From: an uncultured Actinomycetes bacterium
Lineage (GTDB): Bacteria; Actinomycetota; UBA4738; JBBDTT01
Assembly: GCA_963742735.1 (NCBI GenBank)
Contig: CAVUMN010000002.1
Location: forward strand, 128,001 to 192,000
Direction of reading: 5' to 3'
DNA: 64,000 nt
Shown here: positions 60,578 to 64,000 of the stretch, one piece after another
How the letters are laid out: the number at the start of each line of letters is the position of its first letter
Position numbering within the stretch: the first letter of the stretch is position 1
The notes under the pieces: generated by a model
Database searches by the model: none
What the model saw: only the letters and a program-made list of their open reading frames with translations
What the model was told of the DNA's origin: nothing
Made by a program: the position numbers and the translations under genes

Positions 60578-61111
60578 ATGGAGATCGAGCGGGCACGGAG
60601 ACTGTTCGTCGACGGGATCGGGGCTGCGGCGGCGACCTCGGGGATCCTGAACCAGCTCCAGGGACGCATCTTCGGCCTCCTGTACCTGCAACGGCAGCCG
60701 CTGTCCCTCGATGCGATCTGCGAGGCCCTTCAGCAGTCGAAGAGCAACGTCTCGGTCAACGTACGTGAGCTCGTGGAATGGAACCTCGTCCGCCAGATCC
60801 ATCAGGCCGGCTCCCGCAAGGATCACTACGAGGCCGCGACGGACTTCTGGCGCGTGATGCGCGAGATCATGGAGCGGCGGTTTCGATGGAACATCCGCCA
60901 GGTCCTCGCCACGGTGTCGGAGACGGAGCGCGCCGCGAAGATGCGCCCCTCCAAGACGGCGACCGAGGACGCAGTCTTCCTCGCCTCCCGCCTGGACGCG
61001 CTCCGCGAGTTCGCCGAGGCGGTCGACGAGGGCGTGGAGGCCTTCGCCGAGGGCCGGCCGTTCACGTCCGAGCCGCTGCAGCGGATCCGGGTGATAGGCG
61101 GGAGCGAATGA
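60578..61111 (+). CDS. GbsR/MarR-family regulator
   Basis: GRIFGLLYL..PLSLD.I...L..SKSNVS..VREL..W.LV, RKDHY. Confidence 0.85.
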   Translation: MEIERARRLFVDGIGAAAATSGILNQLQGRIFGLLYLQRQPLSLDAICEALQQSKSNVSVNVRELVEWNLVRQIHQAGSRKDHYEAATDFWRVMREIMERRFRWNIRQVLATVSETERAAKMRPSKTATEDAVFLASRLDALREFAEAVDEGVEAFAEGRPFTSEPLQRIRVIGGSE

Positions 61112-61707
61112 GGCTCGCCGAGACCGAGCACACGTCCCGGCCCTGGCGGATCCACGAGCTCACCCCGGACTTCCGGCTCGAGGACGTGTGGGCGATGCCC
61201 ACGCCGGGCGGCCCGGACGACTTCCCCCGGCTGGTGCGGCTGGCGGCCGCGCTCGACCCGGCGCGGAGCCCCTCCCGCGCCGTCCGCGCGCTCTTCGCGC
61301 TCCGGTGGAAGCTCGGAGGGCTGCTCGGCCTGGACGACCCGGACACCGGCCTCGGCTCCAGGGTGCCGACGCTCCGGGACCGGCTCCCGGCGGACCTGCG
61401 CGAGGACTACTCCGGCCCGGACTTCACCCTTCCCTTCACCCCGCTGTACCTGCTCGAGGACGAGTTCGCCGCGGAGATCGCCAACCGGACCATGCACGGC
61501 GTCCTGCACCTCGGCTGGGTCCCGGACGGGGAGGGCGGCTACCGCGGCCAGATGGCCATCCTGGTGAAGCGCAACGGACTGCTCGGATTCGCCTACATGG
61601 CCGCGATCAGGCCGTTCCGCCACCTGCTCGTCTACCCGCCCGCGATGCGGGCGTTCGGCCGGGCCTGGCGGTCGAACGCTGCGTCGGTATCCACGGTCGC
61701 CCCGTAG
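61108..61707 (+). CDS. DUF2867 family protein
   Basis: RLEDVW, LFALRW, NRTMHG.LHL, YMAAIRPFRHLLVYP. Confidence 0.75.
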   Translation: MRLAETEHTSRPWRIHELTPDFRLEDVWAMPTPGGPDDFPRLVRLAAALDPARSPSRAVRALFALRWKLGGLLGLDDPDTGLGSRVPTLRDRLPADLREDYSGPDFTLPFTPLYLLEDEFAAEIANRTMHGVLHLGWVPDGEGGYRGQMAILVKRNGLLGFAYMAAIRPFRHLLVYPPAMRAFGRAWRSNAASVSTVAP

Positions 61708-61720
61708 GACCGGAGGAATC

Positions 61721-62137
61721 ATGAACCTGAAGCTGGCCACTGTTGCCTTCACGGCGGCCCTCGGCGTCCACGGAGCCGACCATCTCCGCAGGGGTGTGGA
61801 GGTGGTGCAGCCGGCCGTGTTCATCGGCGGCGCACTGCAGGCGGCCGTCGCGGTCGTCGTGCTGGGGTTGGTCCTGCGCGAGCATCCGTCCTCGGCGGCC
61901 TGGGCGATGGGGCTCGGGTTCGGCAGCGTGATCGTCTTCGCGCAGGCCCACGTGCTCCCGCACTGGGGCCCGCTCAGCGACTCGTTCCTTTCCGCCCCCC
62001 GGGTGACCCCGTTCTCCTGGGTGACCGCGGTGCTGGAGATGGGGATGGGGCTCGTGCTGGGCCTCGTCGCGATGCGAACCCGGCGAGGCCGGGACCGGCG
62101 GACATACGCCGGCGGGCCGGCAACGGCGGAGGCGTAG
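61721..62137 (+). CDS. Small integral membrane protein
   Basis: Four hydrophobic helices; HGADHLRRG; GGAGG SD. Confidence 0.7.
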   Translation: MNLKLATVAFTAALGVHGADHLRRGVEVVQPAVFIGGALQAAVAVVVLGLVLREHPSSAAWAMGLGFGSVIVFAQAHVLPHWGPLSDSFLSAPRVTPFSWVTAVLEMGMGLVLGLVAMRTRRGRDRRTYAGGPATAEA

Positions 62138-62142
62138 CTCCG

Positions 62143-62418
62143 ATGGTTCGCCAGATCGCCGTGCCGCCCGCCGCGCGAACGCTCAGCACGCTGTCACGCG
62201 TCGACTACGAGGACGGCTTCCTCGTCGAGACGGGCCCGGCGAAGGGCCGGACGGGGGAGCAATGGGCGCGCGCGATGCTGGAGAGCCTGCGGCCCGAGAC
62301 CCGACGCGCGCTCCGGTGGGGATGGTTCGGGCTGGGCGTGAAGCTCGGCTCGACGCGCGACGAGCGGCGCCTCCTCGAGCGCGCCGCCCGCGCGCCGAGC
62401 GGCGCCGGCGTCCACTAA
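62143..62418 (+). pseudogene. Probably 3'-truncated DUF2867-like gene
   Basis: STLSRVDYEDGF..EQWARAMLE..WGW..LG, then homology appears to break where it abuts the convergent gene. Confidence 0.45.
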
Positions 62419-62421
62419 CCG

Positions 62422-63111
62422 CTATCCGCGAAGCGCCGCTCGAAGGATCTCCACGAGCTCGCCGGAGGCGCGCAGCGTCCGGACCAGCTGATGGTCGCCG
62501 GACTCGTGGCCACGAAGGGACACGCCCGGCAACCCTCGCAGCCGCGTGGCGTGCGCCCGGTCCAGGTCGTAGTTCGTGCAGTAGTGCACGATCCCCGGCC
62601 CCTCCCAGCCTCGCAGGGTCCGGCGCAGGTCCAGCACCGCCCCGGCGGGCCGGCGCCGGTGGATCGCCGCGATCTGCTCTCGCCAGCGAAAGTCCCGCGC
62701 CCTGAACCGCCGCCACCGACCCAGGAAGGTCTGGGGCGAGAACGCATGCACCTCGTCCGCCCCGCACATCGCCCCGAACAGCAGCGCCGCGAACCCGCCC
62801 ATGGAGTTCCCGGTCATCACCACGCGTCGTGCCCCGGACTCCTGGATGCGCGTGCGCAGGCCGGCGGCGGCCTCCCCGACCGTCTCGCCGAGACCCGGCA
62901 CCCCTCGCTGGTACCAGGCCTGGGACAGGTCCCGGACGAACAGCCGCTTGGTGGGGACGTCCGAGGCCAGCCGGAGGAACTCGAACGGCGCGATGCCCAT
63001 TCCCCCCTTGATGCCGCCGAACGCGACCAGCAACGTGTCGGCCTTCGGCCCGAAATCGGTCGCGACCCCCACCGTGGGGTCCTCGACCTGCACGCGCAGG
63101 GGATCGGCCAC
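62422..63111 (-). CDS. Alpha/beta hydrolase-like protein
   Basis: LLVAFGG, RD...WY, GNSMGGFAAL, FSPQT, GDH. Confidence 0.75.
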   Translation of the reverse strand: MADPLRVQVEDPTVGVATDFGPKADTLLVAFGGIKGGMGIAPFEFLRLASDVPTKRLFVRDLSQAWYQRGVPGLGETVGEAAAGLRTRIQESGARRVVMTGNSMGGFAALLFGAMCGADEVHAFSPQTFLGRWRRFRARDFRWREQIAAIHRRRPAGAVLDLRRTLRGWEGPGIVHYCTNYDLDRAHATRLRGLPGVSLRGHESGDHQLVRTLRASGELVEILRAALRG

Positions 63112-63169
63112 GGCGCCGCAGCCTATACGCGTGTTCGTGAGCGGAAGGTGTCAGCTACCCTGTGCTTCG

Positions 63170-63934
63170 ATGACCGACGGACTCCAGGACCCTCAGCCCG
63201 AGGCCGAAACCGAGCCCGAGCAACCTCTGCCCCAGGATCCACTCCTGGCCCTGCAGGACCTCGATCTTTCCATCGACCGGCTCGAGGCCCGGGGGCACGA
63301 GCTGGAGGCCGGGGGCGAGGTCGGCGAGGCCCGCCGCCGCGTCGAGGACCTCGAGGAGCAGGTCGGCACCCTGAAGCTCGCCCTGGACGCGATCGGCCAG
63401 GAGCAGACCCGGTTCGAGACCGAGATCGAGTCCTACACCCGCCGCATCGACACCGAGCAAACCCGCATGTACGACGGCTCGGTCGCCAACCCCAAGGAGC
63501 TCCTGTCCATGCGGGCCGAGATCGACAACCTGAAGTCGCGCAAGTCCCGCACCGAGGACGAGCTGCTCGGCCAGATGGAGCGCCGCGAGGAGGTCGAGTC
63601 CCGTCTGAGCCCCCTGGAGGCGGAGCTCGCCGAGGCCAACGACCGGCTGGGGGAGCTGCGCGGCTCGTCCGCCACCGAGCTCGACGAGATCCGCTCGGCC
63701 CTGGAGTCCCGCGGGCAGGAGCGGGTCGAGGCCGCCGCCGGGATCGACGAGGAGCTGCTCGAGCTCTACGAGGAGCTCCGCGCCCTGAAGAAGGGGGTGG
63801 GCGCGGCGGCCGTGGTCGCCAAGGTCTGCATGGCGTGCCACCAGGAGCTCTCGCCGCTCGAGTACGAACAGGTGAAGAACGCGAGCGGCATCAGGCGGTG
63901 CCCGAACTGCCGGCGAATCCTGATCTTCGCGTGA
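63170..63934 (+). CDS. CT398/Rv2229c-like coiled-coil + C4 Zn-ribbon protein
   Basis: LLALQDLD.., LLELYE.LR, CMAC..CPNCRRIL. Confidence 0.9.
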   Translation: MTDGLQDPQPEAETEPEQPLPQDPLLALQDLDLSIDRLEARGHELEAGGEVGEARRRVEDLEEQVGTLKLALDAIGQEQTRFETEIESYTRRIDTEQTRMYDGSVANPKELLSMRAEIDNLKSRKSRTEDELLGQMERREEVESRLSPLEAELAEANDRLGELRGSSATELDEIRSALESRGQERVEAAAGIDEELLELYEELRALKKGVGAAAVVAKVCMACHQELSPLEYEQVKNASGIRRCPNCRRILIFA

Positions 63935-64000
63935 TCGTCCACTCCGACGGCGCCGCTCGGGGCAACCCGGGCCCGGCGGGGATCGGCGCGGTCGTCACCT
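63931..64000 (+). CDS. rnhA: Ribonuclease HI (partial, Rv2228c-like)
   Basis: MIVHSDGAARGNPGPAGIG; runs off the window. Confidence 0.85.
   Translation, partial: MIVHSDGAARGNPGPAGIGAVVT

Overview
A 64 kb high-GC chromosomal segment, most likely from an actinobacterium (judged from the Rv2578c-like and Rv2229c/RNase HI genes, the GAAC-N4-GTTC LexA box and the dimeric GlyRS). The core backbone is znuACB-zur, glyQS, cspA, ppdK, dgt-dnaG-sigA, tRNA-Asn, tRNA-Ile2/Met(CAT) and tRNA-Val. Between a divergently oriented flavodoxin-family gene (16.1-16.8 kb) and ppdK (36.2-39.0 kb) lies a nested hotspot of about 19 kb. Its visibly lower-GC core (~20-31.9 kb) is a defence island carrying a mini DnaJ-type Zn finger with a YbjN-like gene, NERD, HNH, GmrSD, a three-gene MTase/MTase/GIY-YIG-helicase system and a stand-alone multi-TM HerA ATPase. 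The core is bracketed by degenerate copies of the 5' parts of both anchor genes. Other notable items are two paralogous, apparently unnamed TA-like pairs flanking a secreted NlpC/P60 operon, a non-autonomous IS481-like element that duplicated a tRNA 3' end, several small unannotated Zn-finger or basic proteins, an MthK-like channel without the GYG filter, and a dispersed palindromic motif. Frameshifts in dnaG, sigA and ppdK point to indel sequencing errors, so single frameshifts elsewhere cannot be taken as pseudogenisation. All family assignments come from motif recognition by eye; no searches were run.
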